Source of the DNA: an uncultured Pseudomonadales bacterium
Lineage (GTDB): Bacteria > Patescibacteriota > Microgenomatia > UBA1400 > CAYXSR01
Assembly (NCBI GenBank): GCA_964467735.1
Contig: CAYXSR010000001.1
Coordinates: 23,244-87,243 of the forward strand
Direction of reading: 5' to 3'
DNA length: 64,000 bases
Shown: in pieces, positions 9,306 to 18,638 of the stretch
Position numbering within the stretch: the stretch's first letter is position 1
How the letters are laid out: each line of letters begins with the position of its first letter
The notes under the pieces: model-generated
What the model was told of the DNA's origin: nothing
The model's input: only the letters and a program-made list of their open reading frames with translations
The model's database searches: none
Translations under genes and position numbers: made by a program

Positions 9306-10353
9306 TATAAAAATTTTAGCTATCGACACGTCTTGTGACGAAACTTCAGCTGCTGTTACTTTTAGTGATAAAGTAATGAGTAATATTGTCTGGTCACAAA
9401 TAGAAATCCATAAAACATGGGGTGGTGTTGTTCCTCATTTAGCAAAAAGAGCTCATCAAGAAAGAATTGATAATGTAGTAAAAAATGCACTTAAAAAAGC
9501 AAAGATAAGTTTGAACGAAATTGATTGCTTTGCCGTTACTCAAGGACCTGGATTAGCTCCAGCTTTAGAAGTAGGTATTAAAAAAGCAAAAGATTTGGCC
9601 TTAAAATTTAAAAAGCCATTAATTGCCATAAATCATATGGAAGGTCATCTTTTATCATGTTTTGCTAAAAACAGTAAAGGAAATAATTATTTACCAAAAA
9701 CTAAGATTGAATTTCCAATTCTAGGATTACTCATTTCTGGTGGACATACCCAATTAGTTTTAATGAAAAATTTTGGTCAATATAAAATTTTAGGAGAAAC
9801 ATTAGATGATGCGGCTGGGGAGGCTTTTGATAAAGTAGCTAAAATGCTTAACTTAGGTTATCCTGGAGGTCCAATAATCGAACAACTAGCTAAACAAGGC
9901 AATCCTCATAAATTTAATTTCCCCTTTCCTATGTCTCGACATCCTGGCTTAAACTTCAGCTTTTCTGGACTAAAAACCGCTTGTCTTTATCAATTAAGAA
10001 AAATTCCAGAAAAAAATAAAACAAAAGAATTTTTAGCAGATTTTAGCGCTTCTTTTCAATTTGCTTTAACTAAATCAATTACGATTAAGTTAAAAATTGC
10101 TCTTAAAAATTATCAACCTACAATGTTAGTTTTAGGCGGAGGAGTTATTAGTAATTTTTTCGTAAGAAGAAAAGTCAGACAAACAGCTAAGAAATATTCT
10201 GTCCCTGTTTTTATTCCATATAGTAAAAAATTACTAACTGATAATGCTGCTATGATTGGGATCACTGCTTTTTATAAATCAAAACGGAAACAATTTATTA
10301 AAAATATTGAAAAACTAGATCGACTTCCCAATTTGAATTTTAACTCTTTATAA
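9298..10353 (+). CDS. tsaD: tRNA threonylcarbamoyltransferase TsaD
   Basis: IDTSCDETS, HMEGH, SGGHT, DDAAGEAFDK, DNAAMI. Confidence 0.95.
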   Translation: MNSIKILAIDTSCDETSAAVTFSDKVMSNIVWSQIEIHKTWGGVVPHLAKRAHQERIDNVVKNALKKAKISLNEIDCFAVTQGPGLAPALEVGIKKAKDLALKFKKPLIAINHMEGHLLSCFAKNSKGNNYLPKTKIEFPILGLLISGGHTQLVLMKNFGQYKILGETLDDAAGEAFDKVAKMLNLGYPGGPIIEQLAKQGNPHKFNFPFPMSRHPGLNFSFSGLKTACLYQLRKIPEKNKTKEFLADFSASFQFALTKSITIKLKIALKNYQPTMLVLGGGVISNFFVRRKVRQTAKKYSVPVFIPYSKKLLTDNAAMIGITAFYKSKRKQFIKNIEKLDRLPNLNFNSL

Positions 10354-10355
10354 TT

Positions 10356-11177
10356 TTACTTTTCTAAAACTATTTCTATTTCTTTTTTAAGTTGATTAAT
10401 TTTATTTTTAGGAATCAATGTTTTTAAATTAGTAAAATTTAATATATCTCGACAAGAAACAATTCCCCTTCCTAAAAGCATTTCTCTATCTTGCTTTGAT
10501 AATGATGATAAACAAGTAATTGGATATAAACCACTTTTCTCCACCAAAGATTGTAAACTCCACTCCTTTTGATAATTCCACCCAATGGCTTTAATACCAA
10601 CACAATTACAATACTTAATTGCTTTTGATGTTAATTTTGTATTAGTTACTAACCACATTTGATTAATATTATTTGTCTTAAAAATATTAATCTTTGTTAA
10701 TTTAATATCTAAAAATCGGGCATAAACATATAAGGCAGTTTTAACATCTGTTTTTATACCCTGTTTGTTATGAAATTTAGCCTCAATTGCAAAAAGATCG
10801 TTTTCTTTCTGAGCAAGAATATCGATTTCGTGACTAATACATTTTCCTTTAACATAATAGGAAACTTTTGTTTTAAATCCACTGGTATTAAGTATTTTGG
10901 CAAAGAAATTTTCAAAAGGGTAACCAGATGGCCCTAAAGCCATTATTGCCTGTTTTAAATTATAACGAGATGAAAGAAAAGGTCGTTTTTTATCTAGTAA
11001 TTGGGCAACTATTTTATATATCTCTTTGGTGGAGATACCATCGTAAAGATATTGTTTCAGTTCTTTGATAATATCTTTTCTTATATTTTTATCAATGCCG
11101 GATGCTGTTAAAGAATTATTTACTTTATTCTCGGAGAAAGGCTCTAACAAGCCATTAGCTTTCAAAACACTAATCAT
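10356..11177 (-). CDS. ATP-cone + Mrr-like PD-(D/E)xK nuclease domain protein
   Basis: N-terminal VLKANGLLEPFSENKV (ATP-cone pattern); FENF...EIDILA...IEAKFH nuclease motif. Confidence 0.75.
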   Translation of the reverse strand: MISVLKANGLLEPFSENKVNNSLTASGIDKNIRKDIIKELKQYLYDGISTKEIYKIVAQLLDKKRPFLSSRYNLKQAIMALGPSGYPFENFFAKILNTSGFKTKVSYYVKGKCISHEIDILAQKENDLFAIEAKFHNKQGIKTDVKTALYVYARFLDIKLTKINIFKTNNINQMWLVTNTKLTSKAIKYCNCVGIKAIGWNYQKEWSLQSLVEKSGLYPITCLSSLSKQDREMLLGRGIVSCRDILNFTNLKTLIPKNKINQLKKEIEIVLEK

Positions 11178-11233
11178 ATAAATTATTATAAACTCCTTTT
11201 ATGAGAAAACCTAGAATTCCTCTGATTTACAGA

Positions 11234-11431
11234 TTAATTATGACATCCTGGGCAAGATGAACAACACCCACCACATGAAGAACCATTAGAAAAAAAAGAA
11301 TCAAATACTTGAGTGATTTTCTTACTTTTACAATGAGGGCAAGTAACTTCCTTATTCTCTTTTTCTTTAAGATTTAATTCAAGATTAAATTTCTTCTTGC
11401 AATTATCACAAGAAAAACTATATGTTGGCAT
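11234..11431 (-). CDS. FmdB family zinc-ribbon protein
   Basis: MPTYSFSCDNC...CPHC plus a Cys-rich tail. Confidence 0.85.
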   Translation of the reverse strand: MPTYSFSCDNCKKKFNLELNLKEKENKEVTCPHCKSKKITQVFDSFFSNGSSCGGCCSSCPGCHN

Positions 11432-11494
11432 AGTTTATATCTTAATACAAAAACTTTCTTCTTGCAATTTCTTCATTAAAATTACCAACCAGAA

Positions 11495-11998
11495 TTATTG
11501 ACCTTGTCCGCTCATCATCTCCTCTATCGTCATAAAGTTAACATTATTGGGCAAATCAAATCTAGAATCAAGAATAACTGCTGGTACACAATTATATTGC
11601 ATGTCGCTAGGTGGCGCCCCACTATTCTCTGTACTTTCTGATTCCCACCAATCTTCATCTGTATCTTCAAAACAAGTTTTCATTCCCTGTGGACTAACTT
11701 TATCCCATACCCACATACAATTTTCTTTCATTAATAAAAATCCTTCTTTACCTTCTTGATTCATTTCGGCATAATAATTTTTTCCTTCTATATAACCAGT
11801 TCCAAAAAATTTATCATCTTTTTTCCAAGTACATTTAAAAGGAACTCCTTTCATTATTGCCTCTTTTAGAGTACCACTAAAACTTTCTTGTTTTTTATCT
11901 GGCGATTCTGAACCTTCATTCTTTTTTGAAGAGAGACTACATCCGCTTAATAAGAAAAAAGTTAAAAGAACTATAGAAACTAAAATAATTTTTTTCAA
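11495..11998 (-). CDS. Hypothetical acidic lipoprotein
   Basis: Lipobox LSGC after a hydrophobic signal; probable TTG start at 11998 after SD GGAGGTG. Confidence 0.65.
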   Translation of the reverse strand: MKKIILVSIVLLTFFLLSGCSLSSKKNEGSESPDKKQESFSGTLKEAIMKGVPFKCTWKKDDKFFGTGYIEGKNYYAEMNQEGKEGFLLMKENCMWVWDKVSPQGMKTCFEDTDEDWWESESTENSGAPPSDMQYNCVPAVILDSRFDLPNNVNFMTIEEMMSGQGQ

Positions 11999-12021
11999 TT
12001 TAATCACCTCCCTAGATAATA

Positions 12022-14556
12022 TTAATTAATTTTTAAATTTTTTCCATTCCTTCCATTATCTGAAATTTTAAAAAACATTAATTTAACTAATTCAGTTACT
12101 ACAAAATAACTCACTACTAATCCTAATATTATTGTTAATTGTCTTGATTGAGGAGAAATGAAACTAAAAACTTTTTGTCCTTCAGGGAGAAGAGGCAAGC
12201 CAATGGTTAACAGAGCAGCAAGACTAATAAACCCACCTAAAATTAAAGAAGGTGATTTTGCTTTCAAAAAGAACAGTCTAGTTCTAATTGAAAAAATGAA
12301 AACTAGCTCTGTTAAAATACTTTCCATATACCAACTAGTCTGTAAAAACTTAGTCGACCATTTAGAAAAAATAGCAAAGGTTATAAAGTCGAAACCACTG
12401 CTTACTAAACCCAAAACCACCACTAAATATAAAATCGATTTAAGATCATAACTCTGAGGTTTCTTTACCTCAGTTTCGTCAACATTATCACTCGCAATCG
12501 CAATCATGGGAAAATCAGATAAAAGATTAACTAACAATATCTGGGTAGGTAACATTGGTAAAACGTTTATCATTAAAGAAGCCGCTGCTACAGCATAAAA
12601 ATTACCGAAATTTGCTGATAGACTAGCGATAATATATTTAGTAGTATTCACAAAAATCTCCCTACCTTCTTTTATTCCATCAATAATTATCTTTAAGTCT
12701 TTTCTCAATAAAATAATATCAGCAGCTTCTCTAGAAACATCGGTAGCCTCTTGAACTGCTAAAGCCACATTTGCTAATTTTAAAGCTGGGGCATCATTAA
12801 TCCCATCACCTAAAAACCCAACCTTATATTTCTTCTGTAAAGATTGAATAATTTCATATTTTTGTTGTGGGGAAACTCTAGCAAAAACTTTACATGACTC
12901 AATAAACTTTTGGCGTTTCTGAAAAGATAGTTTATCTAACTCGCTCCCTGTTATTATTTCTTTTTGATCGCTAATTAATCCAATATTATTAGCTACTGCT
13001 TGAGCAATCTCTTTTCTGTCTCCGGTTAGAATCTTAATTGTTATACCTAATTTTTGAGCTTTTTCAACTGCCTCATTAACACTTTTTTTAATCGGATCAA
13101 CAAAGGAAATTAAACCGATACATTTCAATTCCTTTTCTGCTTTTTTTAAATCAGAAGGTTTTTTAGTTAAGGTCCCTTTAGCAATTGCCCAAACTCTTTT
13201 TCCTTCAATTCCTTTTTCAACCATCCATTTTTCTAATATCTTTTTTTCTTTAGAGGACAGTTTACATAACTCTATTATTGTCTCTGGTGCTCCTCTAGTT
13301 ATTACTTCATATTTTTCTCTTCTTTCCAGTAGGGTTGTATCTCTTTTTCTTTCTGGATCAAAAGGAATATTTTCCTGTTTTTTATATTCTAAAAGAGTTT
13401 TCTTCTTTTCTAATTTTCTTTCTAAAATTGCAATGTCAAATGGGTTTGTTAATTCTTTTTTTTCAGAAAGAAATGAGCTACCCAAACAGGCATAAAAAAC
13501 TGGATCTTCTTTGTATAAAGAAAAAGTTTCTGAGACTTTCATGCTATTTTCTGTTAACGTTCCTGTCTTATCAGTACAAAGTACTTCTATTCCTCCGAGG
13601 TCTTCAACAGCGGCTAATCTTTTTACTATGACATGTTTCTTTGCCAATTTTAAAGCTCCTCTTGAAAAAGCAAAAGTTGTAACTACCGGTAGAGCTTCAG
13701 GAATTGCGCTTACCACTAGAGCAATAGAAAAGAGCGTTAAATCTCCTATGTTCACTTCAAGTCCTTTCACTAATAAGTTCCCAAAAAACATCAAGACGAT
13801 TGTTACAATAACTAAACGTAGGATAAATTTACTAAATTTGGCAATCTCTTTTTCAAAAATACTTTTTCTAGCAGTTTCTCCAGTAAGTTTAGCAATGTTC
13901 CCTAGGACAGTATCCTTGCCAGTCGTTACTACCAAGCCTAACCCTTTTCCTCTCACGACTGTAGTGCCTGAAAAAACCATATTAGTCGCTTGATGAACTT
14001 CTTTCGCTTTATTGTCCAAAACATCATCTGTTTTTTCAATCGTAACTGATTCTCCTGTTAATAAAGACTCGTCTAATGCTAAACTTTTGGCTTGTAATAA
14101 TCTCATATCAGCTGGAACAATATTTCCTGGTTCTAAAATAACCACATCTCCTATCACCAACTCTTCACTGCTAATTTCTGTTTCTGCGTCATCTCTTTTA
14201 ACCTTTATTTTCTTAGTTAAGTGTTTCTTTAAAAGTTTCACTGCCTTCTCAGATTGATATTCCTGGTAAAAACCCAACACTGTATTAATAAATACAAACA
14301 ACATAATCATCGCTGAATCCCAATACTCTCTTAATAAGAAAGCAAGAACTGAGGCACCTAAAAGAAGATAAATAAATGAGGATTTAAGCTGACGAAGTAA
14401 AATATTCCAGATTCCTTTTTCTTTAATAGAGAACTTATTTGAACCATTCTTTTTTAATCTATCTTGAGCTTCTTGATTAGTTAACCCTTCTAAACTGCTT
14501 GCAAGTTCTCTTATAATCTCTTCTGATTTTCTAGAAACATATTTAGCAAAATCCAT
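12022..14556 (-). CDS. P-type ATPase, MgtA-like
   Basis: TGES, PEALP, DKTGT, GDGIND; SANFGN and QILLVNLLSD resemble the MgtA membrane motifs. Confidence 0.85.
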   Translation of the reverse strand: MDFAKYVSRKSEEIIRELASSLEGLTNQEAQDRLKKNGSNKFSIKEKGIWNILLRQLKSSFIYLLLGASVLAFLLREYWDSAMIMLFVFINTVLGFYQEYQSEKAVKLLKKHLTKKIKVKRDDAETEISSEELVIGDVVILEPGNIVPADMRLLQAKSLALDESLLTGESVTIEKTDDVLDNKAKEVHQATNMVFSGTTVVRGKGLGLVVTTGKDTVLGNIAKLTGETARKSIFEKEIAKFSKFILRLVIVTIVLMFFGNLLVKGLEVNIGDLTLFSIALVVSAIPEALPVVTTFAFSRGALKLAKKHVIVKRLAAVEDLGGIEVLCTDKTGTLTENSMKVSETFSLYKEDPVFYACLGSSFLSEKKELTNPFDIAILERKLEKKKTLLEYKKQENIPFDPERKRDTTLLERREKYEVITRGAPETIIELCKLSSKEKKILEKWMVEKGIEGKRVWAIAKGTLTKKPSDLKKAEKELKCIGLISFVDPIKKSVNEAVEKAQKLGITIKILTGDRKEIAQAVANNIGLISDQKEIITGSELDKLSFQKRQKFIESCKVFARVSPQQKYEIIQSLQKKYKVGFLGDGINDAPALKLANVALAVQEATDVSREAADIILLRKDLKIIIDGIKEGREIFVNTTKYIIASLSANFGNFYAVAAASLMINVLPMLPTQILLVNLLSDFPMIAIASDNVDETEVKKPQSYDLKSILYLVVVLGLVSSGFDFITFAIFSKWSTKFLQTSWYMESILTELVFIFSIRTRLFFLKAKSPSLILGGFISLAALLTIGLPLLPEGQKVFSFISPQSRQLTIILGLVVSYFVVTELVKLMFFKISDNGRNGKNLKIN

Positions 14557-14623
14557 CTTTTTTATTATACATAAACTAATAATTAAAAGTCATAGGAGGA
14601 AGTATTACTGATAAAAAACTAGA

Positions 14624-15100
14624 TTACTTGAGTAAAAAAAATATCCAATTACCAATATTATAGCTTATTAAAATGACTAATATTGCAATGAAAAGATGTT
14701 CGGATATCACTAGTAAAGGATTCTTTTTTCTCTTTTTAGAAATAAAAAAGCTCAACATGCTTAGTAAGAACATTCCCCAAACAAAACTTAAAAGTAATCC
14801 TGTTAATAAATTAAAAAACAAAAAGGGAGAAATAAAGCTAATAGCGAAAAAAAATTTAGAAAGAAAAGTAATAATTGTAGCCTTCCATACTTCTTTTTCT
14901 GGTTCCTTGTGTTGAGCTTCTTCGGCCGTATGAATACCTAACGAATCAGAAAAAGCATCCGAAATAGCAATTATTAAGATACTACTAATTATAATAGTTT
15001 TCGATTGAGTACTAGCATAAAGACCAACTATCAATCCAAGGGTAGTAATTACTCCAGAAGTTAAACCAAAACTAAAACCTGCTTTTAGTGAATTACTCAT
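14624..15100 (-). CDS. VIT1/CCC1 family membrane protein
   Basis: FGLTSGVITTLG, ISDAFSDSLGIH. Confidence 0.65.
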   Translation of the reverse strand: MSNSLKAGFSFGLTSGVITTLGLIVGLYASTQSKTIIISSILIIAISDAFSDSLGIHTAEEAQHKEPEKEVWKATIITFLSKFFFAISFISPFLFFNLLTGLLLSFVWGMFLLSMLSFFISKKRKKNPLLVISEHLFIAILVILISYNIGNWIFFLLK

Positions 15101-15105
15101 TTAGG

Positions 15106-15177
15106 TGCGCCTGCTTGGATTCGAACCAAGGACATCTACTTTATAAGAGTAGCGCTCTACCACTGAGCTACAGGCGC
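15106..15177 (-). tRNA. tRNA-Ile(UAU)
   Basis: GCGCCTG-TA-GCTC-AGTGGTA-GAGC-G-CTACT-CT[TAT]AA-AGTAG-ATGTC-CTTGG-TTCGAAT-CCAAG-CAGGCGC-A; perfect cloverleaf; followed by CCT, not CCA. Confidence 0.93.
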
Positions 15178-15296
15178 TTAGCATCTTAGTAACTAGTCTT
15201 TATTTTATCAAATTGGAAATGTTTTGTCTTTTAATAGAAGAAAAGTTAATATCGCAATAATTAATAAAAAAATGATTAATCGTAAAGAGGCTTTTG

Positions 15297-16859
15297 TCAT
15301 AGTATGTATTTTTTTTGATTGTGCCAAAAAAGAAAAACAAAACCTATTAAACCAATAACGATGGGAACTCCCAAAATATTCAAATATTTATAAAATTCTC
15401 TTTCTTTATCTGTTAATTCTTTTAGGGGACGAGTGTCTTCTGCTTTGATTCTTATCTTAGCAAATTCTTGTCCATTAGCTAAATACTCCACTAAATTAAC
15501 AAAAAAATATAGATTTTCTGGTGCTCTAGTTATCATTCCTTCGTTAACAAAATCTGCATCAGCAATTAGAGCAAATCTAGTTTTGTCTATCTTATCAATA
15601 AATCTTTCTTGTTCCAACTCTAAGGGTTTGTCTTTGTCTTTAAAAAAGCTTTCTAATTTTCCATCAAATATAACCGCTAAGTTTTTACTTTTTCCTTCTT
15701 TTAGATTGAAATCTTGAGTCGGATCCAGATTAATATTTTTTTCTTCTGTCCATGATTCATTCGAGGAAGATATTAGAGGAATAATTCTTGAATCATTCTG
15801 ATCATATTCTATCCAAGAAGTCCAAGGAAAAACTAAACTTTGTAAATCGCTAGTAATCGGACTAGAGTAATTAATATTCTCCGGCTTTATCTTAACCCAG
15901 AAAGGATAAGGAATAAAGAACATTGATATTCCACTACTAAAATTGGCTTTTTCATTAGAGGTATCTAAAACAAAACCACTTTTTAAATTTACACCATAGC
16001 TAGACAATAAATCTTCTAATTTATGATCTGCTTTTAACACTTGGAGATTTTCGGAAACTTTCTGAGTCTCTAACAAAAAAATAATTGGTTTTCCTTTCAT
16101 TAAAAATTGATCCAGAAGATATTTTTCTTTTATGGTAAATTCTTGATCGGGACCGACAATTATTATAATATCAAAACTGTCAGGGATTAATTCCGATTCT
16201 TCTTGGTCTAAATTAATAAATTCTGTCAGGAATTGATCAGCTAATACGCTTTTTAATAAAGACTCTTGATAAATATTAGTGCTATCAGTTATTTGCTCAC
16301 CATGACCGATTACAAAACCAACCCTTGGTTGTTTGTCTTGAGTAATTTTATGAATTTTCGAGGTAAGTTGATACTCTAAATCACTAGTTCTATCGACTAA
16401 TGGAGTTGTCTCTATCTCATCGTTAAATAAAAAAGCTAAACCAAAAAAACCCTGAGTTAGTTCAACCTTGTCTTTCTTTAAATCAGAAAATTGAAGAGGG
16501 GGAATGCCTAATTTTTGGGCTTCTTGCTTACCTTCATCATTATTATCAACATCAACCCATTCTATTCTAATTTTTCCTTTTGATACGAATTGATATTCCA
16601 TCAACCAATCTTTTAGTACCTGTTTAATAAATAAAAAACGGGAAGGTAAGTTTTGAGAACTAAATACTTTTATATTAATAACGCCATCTAAGTTCTTTAT
16701 TGTTTTTTTTGTTGTTGGTGACAGACTATACTTTCTATTAGAAGTTAAGTCTAATCTTAAAGGATAAAACCAAAAAAGAATACTGATAAACAATAAAGTT
16801 ATAAAGAATATTATTAACTTTTTTTTCTTAATTAGTTTTGTTATCTTCTTAAATTTCAT
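15297..16859 (-). CDS. GldG-like ABC transporter auxiliary protein
   Basis: RLDLTSNRKYSLS, LEYQLTSKI, GHGE, LDQFLMKG, N..F..NLVEYL; TM helices at both ends. Confidence 0.85.
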   Translation of the reverse strand: MKFKKITKLIKKKKLIIFFITLLFISILFWFYPLRLDLTSNRKYSLSPTTKKTIKNLDGVINIKVFSSQNLPSRFLFIKQVLKDWLMEYQFVSKGKIRIEWVDVDNNDEGKQEAQKLGIPPLQFSDLKKDKVELTQGFFGLAFLFNDEIETTPLVDRTSDLEYQLTSKIHKITQDKQPRVGFVIGHGEQITDSTNIYQESLLKSVLADQFLTEFINLDQEESELIPDSFDIIIIVGPDQEFTIKEKYLLDQFLMKGKPIIFLLETQKVSENLQVLKADHKLEDLLSSYGVNLKSGFVLDTSNEKANFSSGISMFFIPYPFWVKIKPENINYSSPITSDLQSLVFPWTSWIEYDQNDSRIIPLISSSNESWTEEKNINLDPTQDFNLKEGKSKNLAVIFDGKLESFFKDKDKPLELEQERFIDKIDKTRFALIADADFVNEGMITRAPENLYFFVNLVEYLANGQEFAKIRIKAEDTRPLKELTDKEREFYKYLNILGVPIVIGLIGFVFLFWHNQKKYIL

Positions 16860-17565
16860 TTTTAAAACTCAGTTTTTTAATAGTTAACCAAATAAAAAAA
16901 CCAACTAAAGTAAGAAAATAAAAAATATCTCCTAAAGAAATTAGTCCCTTGCTAAAATTTATAAAATGAGAGGCTGGACTAAGAAAAGCTAGAATTAATT
17001 GTAAAATAAAAGGAACTCTTTCAAGAATAACTTCTTGGCCAGAGAAAAAAATGATTAAAAGACTAACATTAGTTAACAAAGCAATCAAAAGCTGTTCTCT
17101 AAAAAGACTAGAAATAAATACTCCAAAGGCAATATAGAAACCACCCAATAAAATTGTTCCTAAATAACCCGTTAAAATCATTCCCATATCTGGTTTTCCA
17201 ATAATCAGCAAAGTTATCGGAATTGTTAAAGAAAAAAACATAACAAAAATAAAAAACAAGAGCAAGGCTAAAAATTTAGCCAAAACTATTGTTGATTTTT
17301 TGAGCGGTAAACTTAGGATTACTTCTAAAGTTCCTGATTTTCTTTCATTAGCAAAAATACCCATCGTTAAAAACGAAATAAAAAAAATCAAAATCAATGG
17401 TAAATTAATAAAATAAGCTCTCATTTCTGCCTGGTCAACTAAAAACAAATTACTAAAATAGAAAAAATTATTTAATAATATAAAAAGTAAAGTAAAAATC
17501 CAGGCGATTGGTGAGTAAAAAATTTGATACAGCTCTTTAACTAAGACTGGTTTTAATTGTTTCAT
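16849..17565 (-). CDS. GldF-like ABC-2 permease
   Basis: KELYQIFYSPIAW, ERKSGTLEV, IVLAKFL. Confidence 0.85.
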   Translation of the reverse strand: MKQLKPVLVKELYQIFYSPIAWIFTLLFILLNNFFYFSNLFLVDQAEMRAYFINLPLILIFFISFLTMGIFANERKSGTLEVILSLPLKKSTIVLAKFLALLLFFIFVMFFSLTIPITLLIIGKPDMGMILTGYLGTILLGGFYIAFGVFISSLFREQLLIALLTNVSLLIIFFSGQEVILERVPFILQLILAFLSPASHFINFSKGLISLGDIFYFLTLVGFFIWLTIKKLSFKNEI

Positions 17566-18260
17566 GATGTTAATTTTTGAAAAATTTTTTCTAAACTTTT
17601 TCCTTTTGTTAATTTCTTTAAACTTCCAGTAGCAACTATCTGACCTTTATTAATAAAAATAATTTTTTGGCAAAGATTCTGAACTTCTGAAAGAACATGA
17701 GTAGAAAAAATAATCGTTTTTTTCAAAGCTAAATCTTTAATTAACTTTCTAATTTCTATTACTTGATTAGGATCTAAACCAACAGTTGGTTCGTCTAATA
17801 TCAAAATTTCTGGATCACCTAATAAGGCCACCGCTATACCTACTCGCTGTCGATACCCCTTAGATAAATAATCAATTTTTTTAGAAATAACTTCTTGAAG
17901 ACCACAGTCAATAATTACTTTTCTTAATATTTTATTGTCATCTACCTTTTTTACCTGTGAAATAAACTTTAAATATTCAAATACTTTAAAATCGAGATAT
18001 AAAGGATTATCTTCTGATAAATAACCAATTTCTTTTCGAAAATCAAGCAAGTCAGCGTTGTCCTGGTTTCTGTCATTGATAAAAATTTCACCATTTGTAG
18101 GTTTTAATAAACCCAATATCATTCTCATTGTAGTAGTTTTTCCTGCTCCATTCGGACCTAAAAAACCAACAATTTCGCCTTTTTTAATTTTAAATGAAAT
18201 TTTGTTTAGAATCGTTATTTTTTTGTTTTTTTTAGTTACGTTTTTAAACTCAATTATCAT
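17562..18260 (-). CDS. GldA-like ABC ATPase
   Basis: GPNGAGKTT, LSKGYRQR, ILDEPTVGLDP; probable ATG at 18260. Confidence 0.88.
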   Translation of the reverse strand: MIIEFKNVTKKNKKITILNKISFKIKKGEIVGFLGPNGAGKTTTMRMILGLLKPTNGEIFINDRNQDNADLLDFRKEIGYLSEDNPLYLDFKVFEYLKFISQVKKVDDNKILRKVIIDCGLQEVISKKIDYLSKGYRQRVGIAVALLGDPEILILDEPTVGLDPNQVIEIRKLIKDLALKKTIIFSTHVLSEVQNLCQKIIFINKGQIVATGSLKKLTKGKSLEKIFQKLTS

Positions 18261-18332
18261 AATAAAAAAATACAAGAAGTTCTTAAAAAAATCAAAGATT
18301 TTTTAGTATTCAAGGGTTAAAAGATAATTATA

Positions 18333-18608
18333 TTATTTAACTTCTTTTTTTAATTTCTTGGCAACTATAAAACGAACTACCCTATGTCCTTTATGAATTA
18401 TTGGTGTAGGATCACTTGGACTTCTTCTTCCTTTCTTGTCTTTAACTTTTCCAATTTTAAAAGTTCCAAAACCGGAAATAATAACTTTTTCTCCTTTTTT
18501 AAGAAGACGTGAAATCTCATCAAAAAGAACCTCAATTGCTTCTTTAGCAGCTTTTTTAGTTAAATGACCTCTTTTTGCTAAGATTTCTATTAATTCTGAT
18601 TTCTTCAC
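18333..18608 (-). CDS. hup: HU family DNA-binding protein
   Basis: KSELIEILA, ISGFGTF; probable GTG start after SD GGAGGTG. Confidence 0.85.
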   Translation of the reverse strand: MKKSELIEILAKRGHLTKKAAKEAIEVLFDEISRLLKKGEKVIISGFGTFKIGKVKDKKGRRSPSDPTPIIHKGHRVVRFIVAKKLKKEVK

Positions 18609-18638
18609 TAAAATCACCTCCCTTCTCTTAATTTATCT

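Noticed and set aside
10356-15177. Possible genomic island integrated at the tRNA-Ile 3' end
   Set aside because: No integrase, no visible duplicated tRNA 3' end, and composition like the rest of the window.
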